Positions 40,402 through 52,018 of a stretch of DNA of 64,000 nt are shown here, one piece after another (the first letter of the stretch is position 1; each line of letters begins with the position of its first letter). This stretch comes from Bacillota bacterium (GTDB taxonomy: Bacteria > Bacillota > Ch66 > Ch109), in contig JBMNLH010000001.1 in NCBI GenBank assembly GCA_050952625.1, positions 576,001 through 640,000 of the forward strand, given 5' to 3'. Below the pieces are notes generated by a model. It saw only the letters and a list, made by a program, of their open reading frames with translations. It ran no database searches and had not been told where the DNA came from. The position numbers were made by a program, and so were the translations under genes.

Positions 40402-40992
40402 ATGAATGTTTTAGTGCATATGTGCTGTGGTCCTTGTGCTTCTTACCCAGTGCCACTTTTACTTGAACAAGGGCATCAGGTGCGAGGCCTTTATTACAAT
40501 CCGAATATTCATCCGTACCAGGAATATCAGCGTCGGCAGGAGGGAGTTAAGCAACTGGCACAATGCCTGGGAGTAGAGGTTATTTACTTACCAGAATACG
40601 ATATTGAAAAATACTTTCGAGAAACAGCCTTTCGGGAAGGTCAACGTTGTCGTCTTTGTTATTATCTGCGTTTGAAAAGGACGGCTCAAGTGGCGAAAAA
40701 AGGAAATTTTGCCGCCTTTACGACGACTTTACTGGTTAGTCCTTTCCAGAAACATGAAGTTATTCGAGAAGTGGCTGAACGGATCAGTGAGGAGGTTGGG
40801 GTCCCTTTCTATTATCAAGATTTTCGACCTGGTTACCGCGAATCAGTGATCCGTTCCAAAGAAATGGGTTTGTATCGGCAACAATACTGCGGGTGCGTTT
40901 TTAGTGAGCGGGAACGATTTATGTCCCGGTCGGAATTGAAAAGGTCCCAACAGTCTTTGGAGGAAAGGGGAAAGACAGATGGGAGATCCTAA
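40402..40992 (+). CDS. queH: epoxyqueuosine reductase QueH
   Basis: HMCCGPCA, YNPNIHP, RC..CY..RL, FTTTL..SP and YRQQYCGC.FS. Confidence 0.9.
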   Translation: MNVLVHMCCGPCASYPVPLLLEQGHQVRGLYYNPNIHPYQEYQRRQEGVKQLAQCLGVEVIYLPEYDIEKYFRETAFREGQRCRLCYYLRLKRTAQVAKKGNFAAFTTTLLVSPFQKHEVIREVAERISEEVGVPFYYQDFRPGYRESVIRSKEMGLYRQQYCGCVFSERERFMSRSELKRSQQSLEERGKTDGRS

Positions 40993-41203
40993 TCAGCTTG
41001 CTCGGCTGCTCATTTTCTTAGGATTAGGAGTTGCTGGGCTCGGGTTACTAATCCTTATCGTTGGAAAAGTTTTTCCTTTAGGTCGTCTCCCCGGCGATAT
41101 CTATTACTCTCGAGGTAACTTTTCGGTCTATTTTCCCTTAGCGACCATGCTTATCTTGAGTTTGCTTCTTACAATCGCAGTCAATTTATTTTTCCGTCGT
41201 TAA
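40979..41203 (+). CDS. DUF2905 family small membrane protein
   Basis: LGRLPGDI....NFSVYFPL. Confidence 0.85.
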   Translation: MGDPNQLARLLIFLGLGVAGLGLLILIVGKVFPLGRLPGDIYYSRGNFSVYFPLATMLILSLLLTIAVNLFFRR

Positions 41204-41357
41204 CCAGCCAATCACCCTTATTCGTATGGGGATTGGCCTTTTTTATTTTTTGTGTTTATTACTCATAATACGACCGCATCATCCGAATTTCTGCTGAATA
41301 ACTCAATTACCATTAATTTTTTAGGACTAATGTCCCGGGGTTATTTTACCTATCTAA

Positions 41358-41385
41358 GCAGGAATTCTGGCAGATGGCGTAGAAT
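41358..41385 (+). promoter_or_regulatory. SigH-like promoter
   Basis: GCAGGAATT...GAAT (AGGA-N18-GAAT). Confidence 0.5.
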
Positions 41386-41499
41386 AATCTAACAAATTAT
41401 ATAAAATGTTGGTTTGTTTCTCAGTATCTTGTTAAATGTTACTTATTAATTGTTTATTTCGTCTATTAAATAAGATTTTAGACTGACTAGTACATATTG

Positions 41500-41578
41500 A
41501 TAAAGGCAAACTTGGTGAAAACCGAGGACGCAAAACCACGGGCCTAAAGCATAATGCTACGGCGGCCGGGTTGCCGAA
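41500..41578 (+). ncRNA. cyclic di-GMP-I (GEMM) riboswitch
   Basis: AAAGGCAAAC..GAAA..GACGCAAAACCACGGGCCTAA..GCCGGGTTGCC. Confidence 0.88.
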
Positions 41579-41602
41579 GAAATAATTCTAAAGCTTTTTA
41601 GA

Positions 41603-41627
41603 TGAGTTCTCTTCGGAGGACTCTTTT
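41603..41627 (+). terminator. riboswitch terminator
   Basis: GAGTTCTC-TTCG-GAGGACTC-TTTT. It can pair alternatively with CCGAAGA at the 3' end of the aptamer. Confidence 0.65.
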
Positions 41628-41791
41628 AATATCTTTAGTGGTTTAGAGATTAGAATATATTTATTCACTCAGCTTGCTGAAAAGTGGGGGTGGTCAATAG
41701 GGTACGAATAAAGCAGTGTCAAATTATCAAACGCATCTATTCTCGAAATAGTATTTTAGTCAAATTATAATTTTGGAGGAGGCAGTTTTTT

Positions 41792-42928
41792 ATGAGTCAA
41801 TTGATTGATTCCTTTCGTACTCTAGCTGAGTTTTTGGTCAATACATATGAAGGGGAATGTATTTACTTTACTACGGACCTGGAAAAGTATAATTTTGTCA
41901 TGAGTAAAGGCCTTGACATACCTGGGATTCAGGTCGGCGAACGCTTGATAGAGGGTGGTAATCTGCAAAAATGCATTCGGGAGAACCGGTCGCTTGAGGG
42001 GACTATTGAACGGGTTGTTTATGGACAACGGCTCAAATTCTATATACGGCCGATTGTCGAAGAGGGCGAGGTTAAGGGCTGTTACGGGGTCTATATCCAT
42101 AAACTGCACCGGGTGGCCCGCGCTTTTCCTGACTTTGCCGGACCCTTGGCTGAAGCCTTCCCGGAAGGGGCATTTCTAATGGTGACTGACATGGAGAAGG
42201 TCGCCTACCGTCAGGGGTCTAACAAGTTTGATATTCCAGTCATGCAATCGGGGACTATCCTAAAAGATGATGGCATTGCCAAGGAGGCCATGCGCCTAAA
42301 CCAGGGCTTAACCAAAGAGCTTGACGCCAGCCTTTATGGTGTTGCGACGCGCGGCACCAGCATTCCCCTGTATGACCCGGATGACAAGCAGCTGGTTGGG
42401 ACATTTGGCATTTATATGCCGATGACCCTGGCTCACAATCTGCAAGAACTGGCTATGAAGATGAATACCGGGGTACAAGAGATTGCCTCAGTCATGGAAG
42501 AGGTAGCGGCGGCGGCCAGTGATATTTCTATGAACCAGGGTCAGTTGGCGGAGCGAGTCAAAGAGGTTGCGAGTATTTCCGGCGAGATTAATGAAGTTTT
42601 GGATTTCATTAAGTCAGTCGCTGACCAGACTAAAATGCTCGGCTTAAATGCGGCGATTGAGGCAGCCCGGGCCGGTGAGCACGGACGGGGATTTGGTGTG
42701 GTCGCTGAGGAAATCCGTAAACTGAGCGACCAGTCGAAAGAGACTGCGGACCGGATCCGTAAACTAATGAAAGAGATTAATGACCGGATTCAGGATGTTT
42801 CTGAGGCCTCCAATAGCAGTTTGAAACAAAGCCAGGAGCAGGCGGCCGCGACCGAAGAAGTCACCGCTTCGGTTATGGAGATTGGACAATTGGCGGAGAA
42901 ACTAACAGAAACAGCCAGGTCTTTGTAA
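41792..42928 (+). CDS. soluble methyl-accepting chemotaxis protein
   Basis: [33 protein letters not shown]. It has no TM segment and a duplicated N-terminal sensor module. Confidence 0.88.
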   Translation: MSQLIDSFRTLAEFLVNTYEGECIYFTTDLEKYNFVMSKGLDIPGIQVGERLIEGGNLQKCIRENRSLEGTIERVVYGQRLKFYIRPIVEEGEVKGCYGVYIHKLHRVARAFPDFAGPLAEAFPEGAFLMVTDMEKVAYRQGSNKFDIPVMQSGTILKDDGIAKEAMRLNQGLTKELDASLYGVATRGTSIPLYDPDDKQLVGTFGIYMPMTLAHNLQELAMKMNTGVQEIASVMEEVAAAASDISMNQGQLAERVKEVASISGEINEVLDFIKSVADQTKMLGLNAAIEAARAGEHGRGFGVVAEEIRKLSDQSKETADRIRKLMKEINDRIQDVSEASNSSLKQSQEQAAATEEVTASVMEIGQLAEKLTETARSL

Positions 42929-42945
42929 GATAAGGAGGTTGGATC

Positions 42946-43365
42946 ATGGATAGTATCCAAATGGTCGCTTTTCGTCTGGAGGATAACTATTTTGGGATTG
43001 ATATTATGAAAGCCAAAGAAATAATGGGCCTAGCCCCGATCACCCAATTGCCTCTTTTGGCTTCTTATATGCGGGGGGTAATTGATGTACGGGGCAAGGT
43101 CGTCCCAGTGGTCGATACCCGGATGAAACTAGGCTTGGGCAGCGGAGAAATTACTGATGAATCTCGCCTGTTACTGGTGGAGAATAAGGGAAAAATTGTC
43201 GCCTTACTAGTGGACGAAGTATCCGAAGTGATTACGCTGACCAGTGAGCAAATCGAACCAATTGCCGGCATTGAGACCGGGTTTGGTTCGGTTGACGGAA
43301 TCGAGGGGATCGCTCGCTTAGATAACCAACTTTTAATTTATTTAGATACAGATAAGTTGCTCTAA
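42946..43365 (+). CDS. cheW: chemotaxis adaptor CheW
   Basis: FGIDI....EI, GVIDVRG.VVPVVD and LLVDEVSEV. Confidence 0.9.
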   Translation: MDSIQMVAFRLEDNYFGIDIMKAKEIMGLAPITQLPLLASYMRGVIDVRGKVVPVVDTRMKLGLGSGEITDESRLLLVENKGKIVALLVDEVSEVITLTSEQIEPIAGIETGFGSVDGIEGIARLDNQLLIYLDTDKLL

Positions 43366-43483
43366 ATATCTACAGATAGCAAGATTACCCAAGAACCAGC
43401 AGGGATTTCTAATTCAGTGTCGAATTCCCTGTATTGGTTCTTTTTTATTTGTCGAACATTTATTTGTCGAAACAGGGGGTGAA

Positions 43484-45211
43484 GTGATGCGGCGGTCTGG
43501 TTGCCGGCGTGATCGTTATAGACAAATATTTACTCAGTGCTTGGATAATAAGCAAGATTCAAAGCGGTCTCAAACCAGGGTTGCTGTTTTAATGCTGCTG
43601 TTTTTAGGCCTATCTTTAATCCCGGTCAATCCATTAACCAAAGCAGCAACTTTGCCGGAAAAAATCAAGATAGGCGTGGTTACCGATAGTTCCAGTCTTG
43701 ACTTTGGCGTTAAACAGGGGACTTATTCTCTAGTTGATTCGGGAACGGGTCGGACCATTGTCGATTCAATTACCAAGGGAGACACCTTTCGGGCCCAATT
43801 GGAATTAAATACGGCGCACATTGGGGTCTATCGCTACCTTGGTAGCCCTGGCGGAGAAAAGAGTTCTGTGGTTCGCGCGCCTGAACCGGAAGCCTCAGCA
43901 AATACTAATAAAGATAAGTCAGTGACTGCGGCCCGGAATGGGGTTAACGGACCGGCAGAGCAAGACACGACTACTGGCGAGGATAGTAATCAAAATACTA
44001 TAAGCGACAGCAGCGACCAAAACGACGAAAACAAGAAAAATCAACAGAAGCAGCCAATTATTGTCGGGGACTGGGAATATATTGGTGCTTTCAAAGGACC
44101 GATCTGTCTGAAGCCAAAAGGGAATTCCAGTAGTTCTGGCAGCACCCCCTCGCATTTGTTTCGGTGCGATTCAAGACGCTATCGCGGGCAACTAGAAATA
44201 AGGGTAAATGCAGGACGAAACGGTTTAACTGGGATTAATGAACTGCCCTTAGAAGAATATTTATACGGAGTGGTCGGTCGAGAAGTCAGTAGCGGGTGGC
44301 CTTTAGAAGCCCTGAAGGCTCAGGCGATTATTGCGCGGACCTACGCGGTGCGGGGGTTAAACCGACATATTTCTGAGGGGTATAACCTGTGCAGCACGAC
44401 CAATTGCCAAGCTTACGGTGGTTATGATTATGAGGCTGAGTCCATAATTCGGTCGGTCAAGGAAACGAGTGGGCAAGTTCTTCTAGACAACCAAGGACAA
44501 TTGGCAGTCACTCTGTATCACTCCAACAGTGGCGGATACACCGAGAATAACGTGAATGTGTTCGGAGCCGATCTCCCTTATCTTCAAGGGAGGCCTGATC
44601 CTTATAGCCTAGGCTACGGGTTGGCAGATTGGAGTTATTCTACGGTAGTCAACGGAAAGAATAGTCGGGGGGAAGACGGATTAAGAGATTTATTGCTTAG
44701 AAATAATCCGAGTTTTGGTCTTGTGGATTCAATCGAGTTAGTAAAGTATCCTTCGGGTCGGGTTGACTCGGTGATTATCAAAGATGACCGCGGTAATACT
44801 ATAACCATGACGGGTGGGAGTTTTGGCAGCCTTTTCAATCCTAATTATGCTACGGTCAGTCGGGAACGGGTGATGGGACGGTTGTTTGATCTTAACACTG
44901 ATGCTGCTATCGCGATGCTCAATGGCCATGGTGAACGAACAACCCAACAAGGTGGGGTCCGGCAGTTAGCTGTTGTGTCAGCCAGTGGGGTAAGCCAAGG
45001 TCTGGCCGGGGTTGAAACCAACTATTTCGTGGCCGGAGCAGATGGTAAATACCTGCGGCCAAAAGCCCCGGGAACCTTAGAATTTCAAGGGCACGGCTGG
45101 GGGCATGGTGTTGGTTTATCCCAGTGGGGAGCCTACGGGATGGCCCAGCAGGGATTTAAGTATCAAGAGATCCTGGACTTTTACTACCCGGGTACCCAGT
45201 TAAGTCGATAG
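43484..45211 (+). CDS. SpoIID/LytB domain protein
   Basis: LEEYLYGVV.RE, EALKAQAI.ARTY, CQAY, YHSNSGG.T and GHGWGHGVGLSQWGA. Confidence 0.9.
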   Translation: MMRRSGCRRDRYRQIFTQCLDNKQDSKRSQTRVAVLMLLFLGLSLIPVNPLTKAATLPEKIKIGVVTDSSSLDFGVKQGTYSLVDSGTGRTIVDSITKGDTFRAQLELNTAHIGVYRYLGSPGGEKSSVVRAPEPEASANTNKDKSVTAARNGVNGPAEQDTTTGEDSNQNTISDSSDQNDENKKNQQKQPIIVGDWEYIGAFKGPICLKPKGNSSSSGSTPSHLFRCDSRRYRGQLEIRVNAGRNGLTGINELPLEEYLYGVVGREVSSGWPLEALKAQAIIARTYAVRGLNRHISEGYNLCSTTNCQAYGGYDYEAESIIRSVKETSGQVLLDNQGQLAVTLYHSNSGGYTENNVNVFGADLPYLQGRPDPYSLGYGLADWSYSTVVNGKNSRGEDGLRDLLLRNNPSFGLVDSIELVKYPSGRVDSVIIKDDRGNTITMTGGSFGSLFNPNYATVSRERVMGRLFDLNTDAAIAMLNGHGERTTQQGGVRQLAVVSASGVSQGLAGVETNYFVAGADGKYLRPKAPGTLEFQGHGWGHGVGLSQWGAYGMAQQGFKYQEILDFYYPGTQLSR

Positions 45212-45294
45212 CTTCCCTGCCGTTAAGCAGCACTTCCCAAAATCATGATCGCGCCGTGTATTGACGGAGGTCAGCGATTGACGTTTAATTTTAC

Positions 45295-45337
45295 TAACCG
45301 CCCATGCCTGAAGGGCACAACCACTGATGAAAATAGC
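45295..45337 (-). repeat. family-B 43-bp repeat
   Basis: TAACCGCCCATGCCTGAAGGGCACAACCACTGATGAAAATAGC is the reverse complement of the family-B consensus. Confidence 0.7.
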
Positions 45338-45367
45338 TATAATAGATGAACACAGGAGAAATAATGG

Positions 45368-46432
45368 ATGCTGGTTTCTGAATTTGATTATAACCTGCCC
45401 GAAGAACTAATTGCCCAGGAGCCTGGTGAGCAACGTGACCAATCTCGGTTGCTGGTGGTTCACCGGGCTTCCTCTTTCTTGGAACACCGGCTTTTTTGCC
45501 ATTTAGTCGATTACGTTCAGCCCGGCGACGTTTTAGTGTTAAATGAAACCCGAGTAATTCCAGCCCGTTTAATGGGGTATCGTTATGATACTGGTTCCCC
45601 AGTTGAAGTGTTCTTACTTCACCCCTCGAAGCAACCTTTAGTCTGGGAAGCACTGGTCAAACCAGGACGCAAGGCCAAAACTGGATCTCGGCTAGTATTT
45701 GGCTCGAATCAACTACAATTAAAAGGAACCGTTCTCAGGGTGACCGAGAACGGAAGTCGGGTTATTGAATTTGAACTTCCTGGGAGTTCTGAAGTTGATC
45801 TACCGCGGGAGTTTGAAGACATCCTGGAGATACTAGGACAAACCCCGCTTCCGCCTTATATTAACCGAGCTCCGCGAAAAGAAGACCGAGAACGATACCA
45901 AACGGTTTATGCTCGGGAAAAAGGTTCCGTAGCCGCCCCAACCGCCGGTCTGCATTTTACGCCGGCACTACTGAGGCAGCTGGGCGAAAAGGGAGTAAGC
46001 CTTGTGCCGCTGGTGTTGCATGTTGGTCTGGGGACGTTTCGCCCAGTCAAAGTTGAGCGGGTGGAACAGCACCAGATGCATTCCGAGTACTATCGGATCT
46101 CAAGTCAAGCCGCGGAAACGATTAATCGAAGCCGCGCCGAGGGAGGAAGGGCTATTGCGGTAGGAACAACCGCGGCTCGGGTTCTTGAAACAGTGGCGGA
46201 TGAACAAGGAAAAATTTGGCCAGGCGAGGGGTGGACTGATATCTTCATTTATCCGGGGTATCGCTTTAAGGCGGTGGACGGTTTAATCACTAATTTTCAT
46301 CTGCCCCGTTCCACCTTGCTAATGCTAGTGTCCGCTCTGGCCGGCCGCGATTTAATTCTGCATGCTTATCAGGAGGCAGTGGCCCAGAAGTATCGCTTTT
46401 TTAGCTATGGTGACGCGATGTTCATTATTTAA
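45368..46432 (+). CDS. queA: S-adenosylmethionine:tRNA ribosyltransferase-isomerase
   Basis: FDY.LPEELIAQ, PLPPYI, AAPTAGLHF, TNFHLP and YRFFSYGDAM. Confidence 0.96.
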   Translation: MLVSEFDYNLPEELIAQEPGEQRDQSRLLVVHRASSFLEHRLFCHLVDYVQPGDVLVLNETRVIPARLMGYRYDTGSPVEVFLLHPSKQPLVWEALVKPGRKAKTGSRLVFGSNQLQLKGTVLRVTENGSRVIEFELPGSSEVDLPREFEDILEILGQTPLPPYINRAPRKEDRERYQTVYAREKGSVAAPTAGLHFTPALLRQLGEKGVSLVPLVLHVGLGTFRPVKVERVEQHQMHSEYYRISSQAAETINRSRAEGGRAIAVGTTAARVLETVADEQGKIWPGEGWTDIFIYPGYRFKAVDGLITNFHLPRSTLLMLVSALAGRDLILHAYQEAVAQKYRFFSYGDAMFII

Positions 46433-46490
46433 TGCCAATTTTTAAGTGGAAGCTCGCAGAAATATGTTATAATTGTGAAGTATGTTATAA

Positions 46491-47651
<1,161 letters not shown>

Positions 47652-47656
47652 TTTAA

Positions 47657-47962
47657 GTGGATAATACGTTTCTTTTGTATTTAGTCGGTTTTTTGGCACT
47701 GATGTGGTTTTTGATGATTGCTCCCCAGCGAAAAAAAGAGAAAGAACGGCGCCGCATGTTGGACAACTTGGCGGTAAACGACCGGGTGGTGACTATTGGC
47801 GGAATATATGGCTACATAGATGAGATTCGAGAGGAAACCGTGGTTTTGGAAATTGCTGATGGGGTTGCGATTGAGGTGTTAAAAAACGCGATTGCCTTTG
47901 TTAAAAATGAAGAAGATACTGAGGAAGAAGCAGAACCAGAGGACGAGACGGAAGCTAAGTAG
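47657..47962 (+). CDS. yajC: preprotein translocase subunit YajC
   Basis: TM segment, PQRK and VVTIGGIYG; lies after tgt. Confidence 0.9.
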   Translation: MDNTFLLYLVGFLALMWFLMIAPQRKKEKERRRMLDNLAVNDRVVTIGGIYGYIDEIREETVVLEIADGVAIEVLKNAIAFVKNEEDTEEEAEPEDETEAK

Positions 47963-48030
47963 ACCAGATCCGGACAATTATAAGGGTTTGATGCTGATTA
48001 GAGCACGTTTCAGGGAGGAAGTTTGAGGGA

Positions 48031-48702
48031 ATGGAGAAGAAGTTGACCTTAGAAGACCTTAAACAGGATCGAATGGTTGATACTTTCATTCGGTTAGGGA
48101 ACCAGTACTTGGGAGAGATGGGTTATACCGAACATGGGTATCGCCACCTGGGAGTAGTAACTAGTCGGATACAGCGGATTATGCAATCGCTGGAGTTTTC
48201 GGAACGAGAGGTGGAACTAGCTGCTATCGCTGCTTATATGCATGACATCGGTAATGTGGTCAATCGAGTGGGCCATAGTCAGTCCGGGGCCTTGTTAGCT
48301 TATCATATCCTAACTAGGCACGGGATGCCGCTAGAAGAGATTTCCGTCATCTTAGCGGCAATCGGCAACCACGATGAGGGGAGTGGTGGTGTTCCAGTTA
48401 ACGCGATTGCCGCGGCGTTGATTTTGGCGGATAAGTCGGATGTCCACCGCAGTCGGGTCAGAAATCAAGATATCGCTACTTTCGATATTCACGACCGGGT
48501 TAACTATGCCGTGGAGGATTCGGATTTGCGGGTTGATGGACAGGAAAAGACAATCACGATGGAACTAAAAATTGACATTAGTATTTGCCCGGTCATGGAG
48601 TATTTTGAAATCTTTCTCACCCGGATGGTCCTCTGCCGTCGAGCGGCTAGTTTTCTGAAAACTCAATTTCGTCTGCTGATTAATGATGCCCGGTTACTGT
48701 AG
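48031..48702 (+). CDS. HD-domain phosphohydrolase
   Basis: GYTEHG..H, HDIGN and ADKSDV.RSRV. Confidence 0.85.
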   Translation: MEKKLTLEDLKQDRMVDTFIRLGNQYLGEMGYTEHGYRHLGVVTSRIQRIMQSLEFSEREVELAAIAAYMHDIGNVVNRVGHSQSGALLAYHILTRHGMPLEEISVILAAIGNHDEGSGGVPVNAIAAALILADKSDVHRSRVRNQDIATFDIHDRVNYAVEDSDLRVDGQEKTITMELKIDISICPVMEYFEIFLTRMVLCRRAASFLKTQFRLLINDARLL

Positions 48703-48704
48703 AG

Positions 48705-48825
48705 TGATCTTGTTCAGCTTTGCTGAACATCAAGATCTTCAGCTGGAGACTCTACTCCACCCGGAGTTTTAACAAGGTGACCTCCGCTTATAGAAGTGGA
48801 AATGGGAGTCGTTGATTCAGATAAG
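48705..48825 (+). mobile_element. MITE-like element, family A
   Basis: TGATCTTGTTCAGCTTTGCTGAACATC...CTTATAGAAGTGG..GGGAGTC.TTGATTCAGATAAG. Confidence 0.6.
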
Positions 48826-48847
48826 ATCTGACACCGGTTGTTTTTCG

Positions 48848-48877
48848 TTGACACTTTTCAACAGTGAGGTTTATAAT
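48848..48877 (+). promoter_or_regulatory. SigA promoter for secDF
   Basis: TTGACA-N18-TATAAT. Confidence 0.65.
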
Positions 48878-48962
48878 CAACCTGTCTGTTTATCAATTGG
48901 GGAGATAGTTTCTAACCTTAATATTAAGACGTAGTTAAGAAGGAGTTAAAGGGGGAAAGGGG

Positions 48963-50180
48963 ATGCACAGGGGCAGTAGTGTCCATATTTTTCTAGTCAT
49001 AGCAACTATCCTGGTTGTTATTGCCGCTGCAGTAGCGGGGGTCAACCCCATCAGACAAAACATTAATCTAGGTCTCGACTTACAGGGCGGGATTCATGTT
49101 GTGCTGGAGGCTGTGGACACGCCTGAGGCACCAGTTACGCCAGAAGCAGTCAAAGGAGCTGCCGGCGTAATTCGGACTCGGGTCGACCAGTTAGGGCTGA
49201 AAGAACCGATTATTCAGCCGGAAGGTAATAATCGAATAATCGTTGAGTTAGCCGGGGTACAGGACCCGGAGGAAGCGGTTGAGCTGATCGGCAAGACCGC
49301 GATGCTGGAGTTTAAAAACCCAGAGGGCGAGACGGTTCTGCTGGGAAATGAACTCAAGGACGCCCGGGCCGGGCTTAACCCGAACGGAACCCCTGAGGTG
49401 CATTTAACCTTTAATCCTCAAGGGGCCGAAACCTTTAAACAGATCACAACAGACAATGTTGGCCGGCAGATTGCCATTTATCTAGACGGGAATCTATTAA
49501 CCAATCCAGTGGTCAAAGAACCGATTCCTAACGGGGAAGCGGTCATCAGCGGCGGTTATCAAAGCTTGGAAGAAGCGGAAAACGACGCAATCTTACTTCG
49601 TTCCGGGGCCTTGCCGGTAAAGCTGGAGATGATGGAAAAACGGACCGTTGGTCCGGTTCTAGGTGAAGAATCCCTGCAAAAGAGTTTCAAAGCCGGCTTA
49701 ATCGGGATTGCGGCGATTTTAGTCTTTATGATTGGCTTCTATCGATTGTCCGGTTTCATTGCTGATTTTTCTCTGGTTCTGTATGCTTTATTAGTCCTGG
49801 GAATCTTGGCTATCTTCCAGGCGACACTGACCCTGCCGGGGATTGCCGGGTTCATTTTGTCCATTGGTATGGCGGTTGATGCCAATATCCTTATCTACGA
49901 GCGAATCAAGGAAGAGTTGCGGGCTGGTAAAACCCTGATGGCCGGGATTGATGCTGGTTTCACCCGGGCTTTCTGGACGATTTTTGACTCCAATCTGACG
50001 ACGCTGATCGGAGCTGGCGTACTCTACTACTTTGGCAGCGGTTCGATCAAAGGATTTGCCTTGACTTTGAGCATTGGGATATTGTGCAGTATGTTCACTG
50101 CGATCACCTTTACCCGGTTTATGCTCCGATCAACCGCCCGGTCTCAACTGATTACCAATCCCAAACTTTATGGAGCTTAG
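48963..50180 (+). CDS. secD: protein translocase subunit SecD
   Basis: LGLDLQGG, LRSGALP, TLPGIAG and GMAVDANILI.ERIKEE. Confidence 0.95.
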   Translation: MHRGSSVHIFLVIATILVVIAAAVAGVNPIRQNINLGLDLQGGIHVVLEAVDTPEAPVTPEAVKGAAGVIRTRVDQLGLKEPIIQPEGNNRIIVELAGVQDPEEAVELIGKTAMLEFKNPEGETVLLGNELKDARAGLNPNGTPEVHLTFNPQGAETFKQITTDNVGRQIAIYLDGNLLTNPVVKEPIPNGEAVISGGYQSLEEAENDAILLRSGALPVKLEMMEKRTVGPVLGEESLQKSFKAGLIGIAAILVFMIGFYRLSGFIADFSLVLYALLVLGILAIFQATLTLPGIAGFILSIGMAVDANILIYERIKEELRAGKTLMAGIDAGFTRAFWTIFDSNLTTLIGAGVLYYFGSGSIKGFALTLSIGILCSMFTAITFTRFMLRSTARSQLITNPKLYGA

Positions 50181-50192
50181 GAGGGGAGTTAG

Positions 50193-51209
50193 ATGAAGCA
50201 GACAGGACGCAACAAGGGGAAAGGTCAAAAAGGCCCGTCAAAATCAGTCGAACAGTTCGCTCCTCACGGCTCTGATCGAATAGAAGCGGGAGTTGAACAG
50301 GCAACTACGAAGTCGCGCCGGGTGATAGATTTTGCGGGAAGGCGGAAGATTTGGTATCTTATTTCCTTAATTCTTATTATTCCAGGCCTGATATCCCTGG
50401 CTGCTCAAGGGCTAAATCTGGGGATTGATTTTACTGGTGGTTCTATGCTGCATATTCGGGTTTCCAGTGAAACCATCGACACCGGTCAGGTACGCACTGC
50501 CGTCGAGAGTTTTGGTTTGGAAAAAGCCCCCGGGATTCAGTCATCCGGGCCCCAGGAATTCCTGATCCGGACTGAGGAACTGTCGCAAGAAAGAATGACG
50601 GAACTCGTTGGCAGTTTACAGACACAACTGGGGAACGTAGAAGTCTTGCGGCATGAGAATGTAGGGGCCTTGATCGGGGAGGAACTGGCCCGTAATGCCT
50701 TATATGCTCTGGGCATTGCTGCTGTTCTAATGTTACTGTATATTACGCTGCGGTTCGAATTCAGGTTTGGCTTAGCAGCGTTCCTGGCTTTATTACATGA
50801 TGCCTTGATTGTGATCGGTGTTTTCTCTCTGTTTCAAATTGAGGTTGCTGGTGCTTTTGTGGCTGCCATTCTGACTGTTTTGGGTTATTCGATTAATGAT
50901 ACGATCGTCATCTTTGACCGGATCCGGGAAAACCGCAAAAATTACCCGCGTTGGGGGCTAGTTGAGCTGGTTAACCGCAGTGTGACCCAAACCCTGACCC
51001 GGTCGATTAACACCTCTTTAACTGTTATCTTCTGCCTGGTCGCCTTGTTGGTGTTTGGGGGTTCGACAATTCAAATTTTTGCCTTTGCCCTCTTAATCGG
51101 AGTCGTTGTTGGTGTCTATTCTTCTATCTGTATTGCTAGTCCATTGTGGCTTGATCTTACGGAAATGAATAGGAATAAAGGGAGAAAATTAGCACCGAAT
51201 GCTCGTTAA
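50193..51209 (+). CDS. secF: protein translocase subunit SecF
   Basis: LGIDFTGG, ALLHD and GYSINDTIVIFDRIRE. Confidence 0.95.
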   Translation: MKQTGRNKGKGQKGPSKSVEQFAPHGSDRIEAGVEQATTKSRRVIDFAGRRKIWYLISLILIIPGLISLAAQGLNLGIDFTGGSMLHIRVSSETIDTGQVRTAVESFGLEKAPGIQSSGPQEFLIRTEELSQERMTELVGSLQTQLGNVEVLRHENVGALIGEELARNALYALGIAAVLMLLYITLRFEFRFGLAAFLALLHDALIVIGVFSLFQIEVAGAFVAAILTVLGYSINDTIVIFDRIRENRKNYPRWGLVELVNRSVTQTLTRSINTSLTVIFCLVALLVFGGSTIQIFAFALLIGVVVGVYSSICIASPLWLDLTEMNRNKGRKLAPNAR

Positions 51210-51396
51210 GCAGCGAAATTAAATTTCATAAAACCCGATCCTTGCCAAGGAGATTAATGTAAAAATTAGCTAGATTAGGACATCCTATAAATATGGGGTG
51301 TCTTTTTTATTTCACTGCTCATGTCCGCTAGGCATAACCACGGATAGAAATAGAGAACATAAGTTTGTTTGCAATTAGCATTTATAACTAATCAAC

Positions 51397-51762
51397 TTGA
51401 ATCCTTCCTCACGTGTAAAGGAGGTTGAGCGGTCCATGGCAGGTAAAAATCCAAGACAGCCGTCCCGTTGGTGGACTTGTTGGTTAGTCTTAGTGCTAGC
51501 GGCTGGAATTTGGTTAGGCGCTAGCGGGGCGGATACAATCCGTTTTTGGCAATATGGCTTGATAGTCATATTAATAATTGGAATTGAAGGGGTTATTGAG
51601 CTCAAACTAAAGCCTATAATTGGCCAAATAAATCGCGAAAAAGCGGTGAGTCGGGTTTTAACCAGCATCGGGACTATTTTGGCGGCAACCGTCATCTTTG
51701 GTTCGGTCGTGGGGAGTGGGGTCTGGTGGCTGCATCTTGAAGACATCTCTGGTCACAGTTAG
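51397..51762 (+). CDS. small hypothetical membrane protein (probable start ATG 51437)
   Basis: Hydrophobic segments, and AAGGAGG upstream of MAGK. Confidence 0.45.
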   Translation: MNPSSRVKEVERSMAGKNPRQPSRWWTCWLVLVLAAGIWLGASGADTIRFWQYGLIVILIIGIEGVIELKLKPIIGQINREKAVSRVLTSIGTILAATVIFGSVVGSGVWWLHLEDISGHS

Positions 51763-52018
51763 CGGTTGACCGCTCCGGATTGAAAGAGGGACTAATCGCC
51801 CTGGGCTGGGCACTTGCTTTGAGGTTTGGCGTGCTGTTTGGCGGATTTATTATCCTAATTTAATACTTGGTTATTATCGCTATTATTGAATAGCTCTCTA
51901 TACAGCTTGGCTCCACCAACAGAATAGGAAGAGCTGATTACACTGGTGTTTTAACGCCGGCTAGCAATTGGCGGTTAAGGGCTAATTATTTTCAGCGGGT
52001 GCAGGAAAACGTCGGAAG

